A stretch of 64,000 bases of DNA, taken from assembly GCA_044222065.1 (NCBI GenBank), contig JBGAOA010000003.1, positions 32,001 to 96,000 of the forward strand, given 5' to 3'. Source of the DNA: Candidatus Eiseniibacteriota bacterium (GTDB lineage: Bacteria; Eisenbacteria; RBG-16-71-46). Each line of letters starts with the position of its first letter. The first letter of the stretch is position 1. Shown in pieces: positions 39,027 to 48,057 of this stretch. The notes below the pieces were generated by a model. The model saw only the letters and a list, made by a program, of their open reading frames with translations, made no database searches and had not been told where the DNA came from. Both the position numbers and the translations under genes were made by a program.

Positions 39027-41150
39027 CTACCCCCGCTCGATCAGCTCCCGGAGCATCGCGGGGTCCACGGGCTTCGTCAGGTGGTGGTCGAAGCCGGCGT
39101 CCTTCGCGCGCCTTCGATCCTCTTCCTGACCGAGACCCGTCAGCGCGATCAGGCGCGGGCCGTCGCCGTTCCGCTCGCGCAGCGCGCGCGCGACCTCGTA
39201 GCCGCTCATCCCCGGCAGCCCGATGTCGAGCAGCACGACCTTCGGGTTCCCGAGCCCGAACAGCTCGATCGCCGCGGGGCCGTCGTGCGCGACCTCGACG
39301 TCGTGACCCCAGAGCCGCAGCAGTTCGGCGAGGCTCTCGGCCGAATCGCGGTTGTCGTCCACGACGAGGATGCGCATCGCGTCGGCCGCGGGTCCCGTCG
39401 CGGCGGAAACACGCGCGCCGCGCTTCACGCGCTCGGCCGCGTCGGCGGGGGCCGCGACGCGCGTGAGCCGCAGCGTGAACGTGCTGCCCTTGCCCGTCCC
39501 GCCGCTCTCGGCGCGGATGCCGCCGCCGTGCATCTCGGTGAGCCGCTTCGCGAGCGACAGTCCGATGCCGAGCCCGCCCTGCGCGCGCGTCACCGTGGGA
39601 TCGAGCTGCGTGAACGGCTCGAACACCCGCTGCAGCATCTCCTTCGGAATCCCGACGCCGTCGTCGCTCACGCGCACGATCGCGTCGCTCGACGACGTGC
39701 TCAGCGCCAGGTCGATGCGCCCGCCGTCGCGCCCGTACTTGACCGCGTTCGAGAGCAGGTTGCCGAGGATCTGCGCGATGCGCGTTGGGTCGGCGTGCAC
39801 CCACACGGGCTGCGCGGACGGGGTCAGGCGCAGCGACTGGCTTCGGGCGCGCGCGAGCGGCTCGGCGTCCTCGGCCGCCTCGGCGACGAGCGCGTTCAGC
39901 TCGACGGGCTCGCGGCGCAGCACGATCTTGCCCTGGCTGATGCGCGACGTGTCGAGCAGGTCGTCCACGAGCCGCGACATGTTCTGCACCTGCCGCCGCA
40001 TCATCGCGTGCGCCTGACGCTCCTCGGGCGGCGTGCCCTCGGCGCGCGCCTCGAGCACGTGCAGTGCGTTGCTGAGCGGCGCGAGCGGGTTGCGCAGCTC
40101 GTGCGCGAGCACGCTCAGGAACTCGTCCTTGCGCTCGTGCGCGATGGACAGCTCGCGCATGCGCTCGTCCATGCGCTGCTCGGCGGCGACGACGCTGCGC
40201 GTCACGGGCAGCGCGGTGCTGCCGCCCACGATGATGCCGGCGACGAGCATGACGAGGACCGCGATCAGGCCCACGCGGATCGCGCGGCGCGCCGCGTGCT
40301 GGGCCTCGACGACGTCCGTGCTCGACAGGCTCTGGATGCCGTCGGCGATCAGCAGCTCGAGACGCTTCGACACGTCGAGGAAGCGGTCGAGCGTGCGGTT
40401 CATGCGCTCCCCGGCATCGAACGCCGCGTGGCCGCGCGCGACCACCTCGTCGAAGCCGGGCTGAAGGTGCGAGAGCGCCTCGAGTTCCTCGGGGCCGAGC
40501 TTCATCTCGTGGTAGCGCGCGAGCCGCTGCTGGAAGTCGAGCGCGATGGTCTGGATGCGGCCGCGCGGCTCGGGCTCGCGCAGTCGCAGCGCGACGCCGA
40601 GCGTGCGCGACAGCGCCGCCGCGTCCGCTTCGAGTGCTGCGGCCTCGCCGATCTTGCGCGGGCCCTCCTTGCCCTTGCCGTCGAGGAGCGGCACGAGGTC
40701 CTTGCGGAACACTTCCTCGAGCGCCTCCGAGGCGCGCGCGAAGTCCGACACGAGCGCGCGCCGCGCGTCGCTCTGCGTGAGCAGCGAATCCGCGAGCGCC
40801 GCAAACCCCGCGTGCGCTTCGACCATGCGGCGACCGATCGCGCGCGAGGAGTCCGTGCGCGCGATCGTCGCGTAGCGCCCGACGAGGCTGCGGAACGCGC
40901 CGTAGCGCGCGACGATGCTCGAGTAGTCGGCGTTGCGCGCCGTCGTCAGCTCGCGCAGCACGGCCGCGCGCGTGTCGCTCACGTTGAGCGCCAGCTCGAA
41001 CGACTGCGACGTCGGCGGGTCCTGCACCGCCATGATCGTCGTGAGCGCGCGGTCGATGAGCGCGAGGCGGTGCGCGACGAACAGGCCGATGCCGACGAGC
41101 AGCAGCAGCAGCAGTCCGAAGCCGAGTCCGAGCTTGGTCGCGGTGTTCAT
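39027..41150 (-). CDS. Hybrid sensor histidine kinase (periplasmic helical sensor, HisKA, HATPase, REC)
   Basis: Two TMs, AHELRNPL, NLLSNAVKY, DDGVG, GGLGIGL and a REC domain (VVDDN..LLDIGLP..LTKP). Confidence 0.95.
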   Translation of the reverse strand: MNTATKLGLGFGLLLLLLVGIGLFVAHRLALIDRALTTIMAVQDPPTSQSFELALNVSDTRAAVLRELTTARNADYSSIVARYGAFRSLVGRYATIARTDSSRAIGRRMVEAHAGFAALADSLLTQSDARRALVSDFARASEALEEVFRKDLVPLLDGKGKEGPRKIGEAAALEADAAALSRTLGVALRLREPEPRGRIQTIALDFQQRLARYHEMKLGPEELEALSHLQPGFDEVVARGHAAFDAGERMNRTLDRFLDVSKRLELLIADGIQSLSSTDVVEAQHAARRAIRVGLIAVLVMLVAGIIVGGSTALPVTRSVVAAEQRMDERMRELSIAHERKDEFLSVLAHELRNPLAPLSNALHVLEARAEGTPPEERQAHAMMRRQVQNMSRLVDDLLDTSRISQGKIVLRREPVELNALVAEAAEDAEPLARARSQSLRLTPSAQPVWVHADPTRIAQILGNLLSNAVKYGRDGGRIDLALSTSSSDAIVRVSDDGVGIPKEMLQRVFEPFTQLDPTVTRAQGGLGIGLSLAKRLTEMHGGGIRAESGGTGKGSTFTLRLTRVAAPADAAERVKRGARVSAATGPAADAMRILVVDDNRDSAESLAELLRLWGHDVEVAHDGPAAIELFGLGNPKVVLLDIGLPGMSGYEVARALRERNGDGPRLIALTGLGQEEDRRRAKDAGFDHHLTKPVDPAMLRELIERG

Positions 41151-41159
41151 GGGCGCGGC

Positions 41160-41165
41160 AGTATA
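41160..41165 (-). promoter_or_regulatory. -10 element TATACT 9 nt before the kinase start (near-leaderless)
   Basis: No SD present. Same geometry upstream of the EamA gene. Confidence 0.5.
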
Positions 41166-41302
41166 GCGCCCGGACCCGCGCCGGACGCGGTCCGCGCCGT
41201 CCCCGCAGCGCGCGGGTGACGCGCCCGCCGCACTTGCCCGCGGGCCGCCGCGGCAGGCATCTTTGCGGCCCCCGCAGGACCCGCGATGACCCCGGAGCGC
41301 CC

Positions 41303-41929
41303 ATGTCCCACGATCCGCTGCGCCGCGACTTGTACCTGCGCACCCTCGCGCGGCTGCGCCGGAGCCTCGATCACGAGCTGCGCTCGCACGCGGGCAGCGT
41401 GTCGCTGCAGCTCGACCTGATGAGCGAACTCGTCGCGCGCGGCGTTGCCGACGGCGCGAAGCTCGAGACGCCGATCCAGCGCGCGAAGACCGGGCTCGAG
41501 CGGCTGCGGAAGACGGCGGCGGCCGTGGTCGAGGCGACCGACGTCGAGCGTGGACGAAATGGCGCGGACCTGGGCGCGGTGCTGCGGGGTATCGAGGGGC
41601 TGCTCGCGCCGCGCGCGCGCGAGCTCGGGGTGACGTGGGCGGCCGTGGCGCCGCTCGAGCCGGTGCCGCTCGCGGGCGATGGCGACGCGGTGCGCGAGGC
41701 GCTCACGATCGCCGCCGTCGAATCGCTGGAGGCGCTGCCGAACGGTGCGCGCCTCACGCTCGCGGCCGCGGTGGACGGCGGACGCGCGGCGGTCGCGCTC
41801 GAAGGCGCGATCGCCGATCCCTCGAGCCCGACGCTCGCGCTCGTGCGCGCCGCGATCGCCTCCGCCGGCGGCGAGGCCGTCGCGGGCGACGACGGCGCGC
41901 CGCGCTTCACGCTGCCGCTCGCCACCTGA
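41303..41929 (+). CDS. Histidine kinase-like protein with H-box but degenerate ATPase domain (candidate phosphotransferase)
   Basis: LDHELRS H-box. The HATPase-like topology lacks the N-box Asn, DxGxG and GxGxG, but ends with RFTLPL. Confidence 0.7.
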   Translation: MSHDPLRRDLYLRTLARLRRSLDHELRSHAGSVSLQLDLMSELVARGVADGAKLETPIQRAKTGLERLRKTAAAVVEATDVERGRNGADLGAVLRGIEGLLAPRARELGVTWAAVAPLEPVPLAGDGDAVREALTIAAVESLEALPNGARLTLAAAVDGGRAAVALEGAIADPSSPTLALVRAAIASAGGEAVAGDDGAPRFTLPLAT

Positions 41930-41943
41930 TCGAAAGAGGAGCC

Positions 41944-43305
41944 ATGGTGCCGCTCGCACTGGTCGTGGACGACGACGCCGAACTGAGGGCGGCACTCGCC
42001 GACATCTGCCGGCTCGAGGGCTTCGACACGGCCGAGGCCGGCTCGCTCGCCGAAGCGCGCGCCGCGCTCGCGCGCCGCACGCCCGACGTCGTGCTCACCG
42101 ACCTCGTGCTGCCGGACGGCAGCGGCACCGACCTCGTGCCGGCCGCGACCGACGCGCCGCGCCCCGAGATCGTGCTCGTCACCGGTCACGCGAGCGTCGA
42201 GTCCGCGATCGCCGCGATCCGCATCGGCGCGCTCGACTACCTCGTCAAGCCGCTCGACGTGCAGCGACTCAAGTCCATCCTCGCGAAGGTGACGCCGGCG
42301 CGCGCGCGCAAGGCCGAGATCGCCTCGCTGCGCGGCGCCTCGAAGCAGGACGGGCGCTTCGGCCCGCTGATCGGCTCGTCGCCCGCGATGCAGCACGTCT
42401 ACGACCTGATCGCGCGCGTCGCGCCGACGAGCGCCACGGTGCTCGTCACGGGCGAGAGCGGCACGGGCAAGGAACTCGTCGCGCACACGGTCCACGAGCT
42501 GAGCCCGCGTCGCGAGCGTCCGTTCGTCGCCGCGAACTGCGGCGCGTTCCCCGCGAACCTCATCGAAAGCGCGCTGTTCGGCCACGAGCGCGGCAGCTTC
42601 ACGGGCGCCACGCAGCAGCGGCGCGGGCTGTTCGAGCAGGCCGACGGCGGCACGCTGTTCCTGGACGAGATCACCGAGATGCCGGTCGAGCTGCAGCCCA
42701 AGCTGCTGCGCGTGCTCGAGACCGGGCGGCTCACGCGCATTGGCGGCGAGGGCGAGTTCCCGGTGGACGTGCGCGTCGTCGCGGCGACGAACCGCGCGCC
42801 CGCCGACGCCGTGCAGAAGGGCCGCCTGCGCGAGGACCTCTACTACCGACTCAATGTGTTCCCGATCGAGATGCCGCCGCTGCGCGCGCGCGGCGACGAC
42901 GTCGCGCGCCTCGCGCAGCACTTCCTCGACGCCGTCGGCCGCGGCGCCGGCGAGCCGTACCGCTTCGGCGCCGACGCGCGCGCCGCGTTCCGCTCGCACA
43001 GCTGGCCCGGCAACGTGCGCGAACTCAAGAACTGGGTCGAGCGCTGCGCGATCCTCGGCCGCGACGTGGTCGAATTCGGCCGCACCGCCACACCCGCGAG
43101 CGGGCCGGCCGCAGCGGGCGGCGCGTTCACGAACCTGCGCGTCGGCATGACGCTCGACGAGATCGAGCGCGTCGTGATCCTCGCCACGCTCGAGCACTGC
43201 GAGGGCGACAAGCGCCGCGCCGCCGAGACGCTCGGCATCAGCCTCAAGACGCTCTACAACCGGCTCAACGAGTACGAGGCGCGCAGCAGCTCGTCGCCGG
43301 ACTGA
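41944..43305 (+). CDS. Sigma-54-dependent response regulator (NtrC/AtoC family)
   Basis: [43 protein letters not shown] and an HTH (LGISLKTLYNRL). Confidence 0.95.
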   Translation: MVPLALVVDDDAELRAALADICRLEGFDTAEAGSLAEARAALARRTPDVVLTDLVLPDGSGTDLVPAATDAPRPEIVLVTGHASVESAIAAIRIGALDYLVKPLDVQRLKSILAKVTPARARKAEIASLRGASKQDGRFGPLIGSSPAMQHVYDLIARVAPTSATVLVTGESGTGKELVAHTVHELSPRRERPFVAANCGAFPANLIESALFGHERGSFTGATQQRRGLFEQADGGTLFLDEITEMPVELQPKLLRVLETGRLTRIGGEGEFPVDVRVVAATNRAPADAVQKGRLREDLYYRLNVFPIEMPPLRARGDDVARLAQHFLDAVGRGAGEPYRFGADARAAFRSHSWPGNVRELKNWVERCAILGRDVVEFGRTATPASGPAAAGGAFTNLRVGMTLDEIERVVILATLEHCEGDKRRAAETLGISLKTLYNRLNEYEARSSSSPD

Positions 43306-43340
43306 GGCTGGAGGTCGCGCTCGCCGCGGCTCGCCTCGCA

Positions 43341-43374
43341 TGTAGGGCCTACAAAGGGCGCGGCACCTCTTACA
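43341..43374. promoter_or_regulatory. Candidate enhancer: perfect palindrome TGTAGG-G-CCTACA plus a degenerate second site ending TTACA
   Basis: Sites 43341-43353 and 43362-43374, centres 21 bp apart. Confidence 0.65.
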
Positions 43375-43408
43375 CCGTGGACGCCCCGCCGGCGGATCCG
43401 CGACGCAC

Positions 43409-43452
43409 TTCCAAGCACTTGCGCCGCGAAACCGGATGGCACGCACGCTGCA
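43409..43452 (+). promoter_or_regulatory. IHF-like site (TTCCAAGCACTTG) and sigma-54 promoter TGGCACG-CACG-CTGCA
   Basis: GG(-24)/GC(-12) with canonical spacing at 43437-43452. Confidence 0.75.
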
Positions 43453-43463
43453 AAGCGTCGCGA

Positions 43464-43576
43464 GCGAGGTCCTCGGTCGCGGGGTGGAACTGGAGAGCAA
43501 CCGCGCTTCCGAGCCTCAGCCAAAGGTGCTCCGGGATCCGAAAGCACGTGGGGAGCGGCCAAGGTCCCGGAGCGCC
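43464..43576 (+). ncRNA. Candidate structured leader / sRNA (two long stem-loops with GGA-containing loops)
   Basis: Stems at 43464-43520 and 43525-43576 with bulges and G-U pairs. Begins at the predicted sigma-54 TSS. Confidence 0.45.
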
Positions 43577-43591
43577 AGGAGGTTTGAACCC

Positions 43592-43756
43592 TTGCGGTGG
43601 TCGCTGAGTTCACTGGCGATCGTGCTGTGGCTGATGGGCATGGTGACGGGCTACACGCTGCGTGGCTACGTGCACCTGCTGCCGCTGATCGCGATCGGAA
43701 TCGTCTTCACCGCGCGTCGCCGCGATGCGCGGCTCCATCGAAGAAGCGCGTACTGA
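43592..43756 (+). CDS. lmo0937-like (DUF5670) small membrane protein, 54 aa
   Basis: AGGAGG SD, TTG start, LWLMGMVTGYTLRGYVHLLPLIAI. Confidence 0.7.
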   Translation: MRWSLSSLAIVLWLMGMVTGYTLRGYVHLLPLIAIGIVFTARRRDARLHRRSAY

Positions 43757-43762
43757 ATCACT

Positions 43763-43839
43763 CCGGCATCGACGGAAGAGCCCGGGCGCACGACAACCGG
43801 GAACCGACTACGAACCTCGGGTTCTTCTGAAGGTGCCGG
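43763..43839 (+). other. Long imperfect stem-loop downstream of the small ORF
   Basis: CCGGCATC..GAAGAGCCCGGG pairs with CTCGGGTTCTTC..GGTGCCGG using G-U pairs. Confidence 0.55.
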
Positions 43840-44051
43840 GTTCCTCGGCGAAGGCACGGCGTTTCGCATCTCGATGAGTCGAATCGCCGCCGCGCCGATC
43901 ACGAGGATTCGGACGGGGCTCGGCCGGGTGCGGCCCCCGGCTAACACCGATCCGAATGACACGCCGGGTGCGAGGCGATCCGCAAGGACCGCTCTTTCGC
44001 CCGGCGATGTCGTTTGGGGGCGGGAGTCCGTGCGCCTATCCTCGCGCGCCC

Positions 44052-44921
44052 ATGACCGCGCTCACGCTCGTGCTCGTCCTCGCCTCGGCGGCGATCCATG
44101 CGACGTGGAACCTGTGGACGAAGCAGATCGGCCACACCGCACGCTCGGGCACGCTCATGTGGGCGTTCACGGCGATCTCGTCCGTGCTCTATGCGCCGTT
44201 CGCGCTCGCGCTCGCGGCGCGCACGGGCTGGCGGCCCGATGCCGCATCGTTCGGCTGGATCGCGGGCAGCGGCGCGATCCACGTCGTCTACTTCCTGCTG
44301 CTGATCCGCGGCTATCGCGCGAGCGACCTCTCGATCGTCTATCCGGTCGCGCGGGGCACCGGGCCGCTGCTGTCGGCGGCGGCCGCGATCGCGATCTTCG
44401 CCGAGCGGCCGACGGCGCTTTCGGTCGCGGGCGCGCTGCTCATCGTGCTCGGCGTGCTCGCGCTCACGGCGCGCGTGCCGGGCGCGGACGGCGGACGCGC
44501 GGCCGCGGGACTCCGTTACGGGCTCGCAGTCGGCGGGCTCATCGCCGTCTACACGCTGTGGGACGGCTGGGCCGTGAAGCGCGCCGGCATCCCGCCGCTG
44601 CTCTTCTACTGGGGCGGTGAGATCACGCGCGTGCTGCTCTTCACGCCGGCGGCGATCGCCGACCGCGGCGGGCTCGTGAAGCTCCTCCGCGCGCACGGGC
44701 CGCGCGTGTTCGGCGTCGCGGCGCTGAGCCCGCTGAGCTACATCCTCGTGCTGATCGCGCTCACGATGGGCGCCGTCAGCCACATCGCGCCCGCGCGCGA
44801 GCTGAGCATCCTGATCGGCACCTGGCTCGGCGGCCGCGTGCTGAGCGAGGGCGAACGGGGCCGGCGCCTCGTCGCGGCCGCGGCGTTCGTCGCGGGCGTC
44901 GTCGCGCTCGCGTTCGCGTGA
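44052..44921 (+). CDS. EamA/DMT family transporter
   Basis: SAAIHATWN, YRASDLSIVYPVARG, IAVYTLWDG and APARELSI; about 10 TMs. -10 TATCCT 9 nt upstream. Confidence 0.92.
   Translation: MTALTLVLVLASAAIHATWNLWTKQIGHTARSGTLMWAFTAISSVLYAPFALALAARTGWRPDAASFGWIAGSGAIHVVYFLLLIRGYRASDLSIVYPVARGTGPLLSAAAAIAIFAERPTALSVAGALLIVLGVLALTARVPGADGGRAAAGLRYGLAVGGLIAVYTLWDGWAVKRAGIPPLLFYWGGEITRVLLFTPAAIADRGGLVKLLRAHGPRVFGVAALSPLSYILVLIALTMGAVSHIAPARELSILIGTWLGGRVLSEGERGRRLVAAAAFVAGVVALAFA
44840..44921 (+). repeat. 82 bp direct repeat, copy 1 (3' end of the EamA gene)
   Basis: Matches 46646-46727 at 78 of 82 positions. Confidence 0.95.
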
Positions 44922-44925
44922 TGAG

Positions 44926-46650
44926 ATGAGCGGTCTCGCGGCACCTCGGATCCCAGCGGGAGGCCGGCGCGCGCCGCGCGGCGCCGGGCGGCCTGCCGGG
45001 CCGCCGGCCGCACCGCGCGATCCCGCGCTCCTCGCTGGCGCACTCGCCGCCGTCGTGACGGCGATCGCGCTCTGGATCTTCCGCCGCGCGCTCGACGGCT
45101 ACTTCTCGCCCGACGAGTTCATCTTCCTCGAGCGCGCACGAGGACTCGCCACGTGGGCCGCGACGCCGTGGCGCGCGCTCTCGGGGCCGGCCTACTGGAA
45201 TGCCGCGCTGCGCCTCTTCGGCACCGACCCCGCGCCGTACCACGCGGTCGTGTGGACGCTCCACGGGCTCAACGTTCTGCTGCTGTTCTCGCTCGCGCGC
45301 CGCCTCGGCTCCTCGCTCGCGGTCGCGACACTCGCGGCCGGTCTCTTCGGCGCCACCCGGCTCTCGTACGTCGCGGTCTACCTCTCGGCCTCGGTCGGCG
45401 AGCTGGCATCGCTCGCGCTCGCGCTCGGCGCGCTGCTCGTGGCTCTCGGGCGGCTGCGCACGCGGGCGCCGATCGCGGCGGCGATGTTCGCGTGCGCGCT
45501 GCTCTGCAAGGAGAGCGTCGCGCCGCTTCCGCTCGTGCTGCTCTTCGTACGGGCGCACGGGACGTCGCCGGCGGATGCCGTCGGGGCCCGCCTGCGAGCG
45601 CGCTTCGCCGTCGTACTGCCGCTCCTCGTCGTGAACCTCGCCTTCGCCGCGCTCCTGTTCGCGTTCGATCGCACGCCGGGCGGGCTCGGCGGACCGGCCT
45701 ACGCCTGGCGTCTCGGTTCGAACCTGGTCCTGAATCTCGGCGACTATGCGGCCGCCGCACTCGACCTCGCCACGCCGGCGCCCGACCCGGCGCTCGCGCT
45801 CCACACGGTGGCGGGTCTCGTCGCGCTCGCGCTGCTCGCGATCGCCGCGTCAGTCGTCTGGCGCCGCTCGCGTCTCCCCGCGCTCGGCCTCGCGGGCTTC
45901 GTGCTCGGGCTCGCGACCGTGCTGCCGCTCGTCACGACGCGGAACCTCCACTACCTGTACTCGCCGACCGCGTTCCTCGCGCTCGCCGTCGCGTCGCTCG
46001 CGTTCTCGCCGCTCGAAGCGGCGTGGTCGGCGCCGGCGGCCGCACGCCGCGCGGCGATCGTCGCCGCGCTCGTGCTCGTCTCCGCGCACGCCGCGCTCAC
46101 CGAGTCGCGCCTGGCCGCGCGCCACGCGGCACGCACCGCGACGCCGCCGCTCGCGCAGGACAACCTGCTCCGCCGCTGGGAATTCGCGCGCAACGTCGTC
46201 GAATCCCTGCGCCGACAATTCCCGCGCGACACCGTGCGCCTCGGCTGGATTCGCCCCGAGGGCACGACCGTCGAGCTGAGCGCGCGAACGGGCGAGGGGC
46301 TCGCAGGCGCGCCGGCGGCCCGGGCGCCGCGCGTCGATTTCGCCGATGCCGTGCTCGATCACGGTCGCGCGATTCCTGCGATGCTCCCGAACGTGCGCGA
46401 CGTGCTCATGACGCGCGGCTGGGAAGCGGCGCTCGCGGGTCGCGTCCTTTTCACGAACGAGCCGAGCGGGAGGCCCGTCGTGCTCGGCCGCGCCCCGCGC
46501 GCTCATCGGCTCGTCGCGCGGCTCTGGGAGCGGAACGCCCGGCGCGAAGAGGCGATCCGCTACCTCGAAGGCGCCATCGCTGCGGGCGAGGGGGGCGCGG
46601 AGGTCGAGTCGACGCTCGCGGGACTGCGCGCTCGCGCCGGCGCGCGCTGA
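44926..46650 (+). CDS. Polytopic membrane protein, GT-C (ArnT/PMT-like) glycosyltransferase candidate
   Basis: YFSPDEF acidic loop after TM1, FGTDPAPYH, LLCKES and YLYSP; many TMs and a soluble C-terminal domain. Confidence 0.65.
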   Translation: MSGLAAPRIPAGGRRAPRGAGRPAGPPAAPRDPALLAGALAAVVTAIALWIFRRALDGYFSPDEFIFLERARGLATWAATPWRALSGPAYWNAALRLFGTDPAPYHAVVWTLHGLNVLLLFSLARRLGSSLAVATLAAGLFGATRLSYVAVYLSASVGELASLALALGALLVALGRLRTRAPIAAAMFACALLCKESVAPLPLVLLFVRAHGTSPADAVGARLRARFAVVLPLLVVNLAFAALLFAFDRTPGGLGGPAYAWRLGSNLVLNLGDYAAAALDLATPAPDPALALHTVAGLVALALLAIAASVVWRRSRLPALGLAGFVLGLATVLPLVTTRNLHYLYSPTAFLALAVASLAFSPLEAAWSAPAAARRAAIVAALVLVSAHAALTESRLAARHAARTATPPLAQDNLLRRWEFARNVVESLRRQFPRDTVRLGWIRPEGTTVELSARTGEGLAGAPAARAPRVDFADAVLDHGRAIPAMLPNVRDVLMTRGWEAALAGRVLFTNEPSGRPVVLGRAPRAHRLVARLWERNARREEAIRYLEGAIAAGEGGAEVESTLAGLRARAGAR

Positions 46651-46727
46651 GCGCGGGCGAACGGGGCCGGCGCCTCGTCGCGGCCGCGGCGTTCGTGGCG
46701 GGCGTCGTCGCGCTGGCGTTTGCGTGA
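46646..46727 (+). repeat. 82 bp direct repeat, copy 2 (orphan EamA 3' fragment)
   Basis: Encodes LSAGERGRRLVAAAAFVAGVVALAFA* again. Contains the stop codon of the GT-C-like gene. Confidence 0.95.
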
Positions 46728-46737
46728 AGTCCCGCCG

Positions 46738-47412
46738 TCAGGCGCCCCGTCTGGAAATCACGACGTGCGTCGCCTTCTCGGACGCCGCGCGCTCCGTCAC
46801 CTCGTAGCCCAGGGCCGCGAGGTCGAGGCCTTCGAACAGCGGCTCGCCGCTTCCGAGCAGCACGGGCGCGATCGCGAGGTGCATCTCATCCACGAGCCGC
46901 GCCTTCAGGTACTGGCGGATCGTGCTTGCGCCGCCGCCGAGCCGCACGTCGCGCGCGCCCGCGGCCGCCTTCGCACGCGCGAGCGCCGCTTCGATGCCGT
47001 CCGTGACGAAATGGAACGTCGTGCCGCCCTTCATCTCGAGCGGCGGACGCGCGTGGTGCGTCAGCACGAACACCGGCACGTGATAGGGCGGCGTCTCGCC
47101 CCACCAGCCGCGCCACGAGTGGTCCGGCCACGGGCCGCGCACGGGGCCGAACATGTTCCGGCCGAGGATCCACGCGCCGAGGTTCTCGACGCCGCGCGCC
47201 GCCCACGCGTCGTCGAGGCCGGTCGCGCCGCTCGCGGCCGCGGGATCCGCTCCGGTCATCTCGGCGTGCATGCGCTGGAACGTGCGCGTCGGAAAGACCC
47301 ACTCGTGGAGCGCCATGCCGCCGGCTCCCATCGGCTGATCGAGGCGCTGGTCGCGCCCCGCGCCGAAACCGTCGAGGGACACGCTGAATGCCTGCACGCG
47401 GAGTCGCGACAT
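46738..47412 (-). CDS. Dihydrofolate reductase family (RibD C-terminal) protein
   Basis: FSVSLDGF, ILGRNMF, PVFVLTH, GGGASTIRQYL and APVLLGSG. Confidence 0.92.
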   Translation of the reverse strand: MSRLRVQAFSVSLDGFGAGRDQRLDQPMGAGGMALHEWVFPTRTFQRMHAEMTGADPAAASGATGLDDAWAARGVENLGAWILGRNMFGPVRGPWPDHSWRGWWGETPPYHVPVFVLTHHARPPLEMKGGTTFHFVTDGIEAALARAKAAAGARDVRLGGGASTIRQYLKARLVDEMHLAIAPVLLGSGEPLFEGLDLAALGYEVTERAASEKATHVVISRRGA

Positions 47413-47481
47413 GCTCCGTTCCTTTCGTTGCGGGTCCGGGACGGCCGCGGCGTCCGCACCGCGGGCGTGCACGTTCGATCG

Positions 47482-47898
47482 TTACTCGCTCGCCGCGAGG
47501 CGCTCGACGTCGGCGAGCACGCGATGGAGCCGTGCGCTCACTTCGTTCGCGATCTCGGCGATGCCGGGCGCGTCCACGATCTGGCTCATCACCTTCGGCT
47601 CCATCGCCGTCACGACGCGGTGCGTGCCCTCGTCCCACACGACGACGTTGCACGGCAGCAGCACGCCGACGTGCGGCTCGGCCTCGAGCGCGCGGTGCGC
47701 GAACGGCGGATTGCAGGCGCCGAGGATCTTGTAGGCCTTCGTCTCGATGCCGAGTTTCTTCTGCAGCGTCTGCTTCACGTCGATCTCGGTCAGCACGCCG
47801 AAGCCTTCGCGCTGCAGCGCCTCGGTCGCGAGCCGGATCGCGTCTTCGTAGCTCGCCTTCGTCGTGATCTCGAAAGCGTACGTGCCGGTCGTCTTCAT
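47482..47898 (-). CDS. DUF302 domain protein
   Basis: EGFGVLTEIDV, YKILGACNP and LLPCNVVV. Confidence 0.92.
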   Translation of the reverse strand: MKTTGTYAFEITTKASYEDAIRLATEALQREGFGVLTEIDVKQTLQKKLGIETKAYKILGACNPPFAHRALEAEPHVGVLLPCNVVVWDEGTHRVVTAMEPKVMSQIVDAPGIAEIANEVSARLHRVLADVERLAASE

Positions 47899-48057
47899 CG
47901 CCGTCCTCTCGTGTCGAACGTTGGGGCCGGACGGGCCCACGGGGGTCGTCGCGGCCGGAGACTCGCGCGCCGCGGGCCGTTCCGCAAGCCGCGCCGCGTC
48001 TGCTAAGGTGCGCCCCGGCCCGCGTTCCGAGCGGTCGGAACGCCCCCGGAGACCCTG

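Noticed and set aside
43798..43827. Fourth CGGGAACC occurrence as another ECF promoter
   Set aside because: No CRTTC at the 16 nt spacing, and it lies in a hairpin loop.
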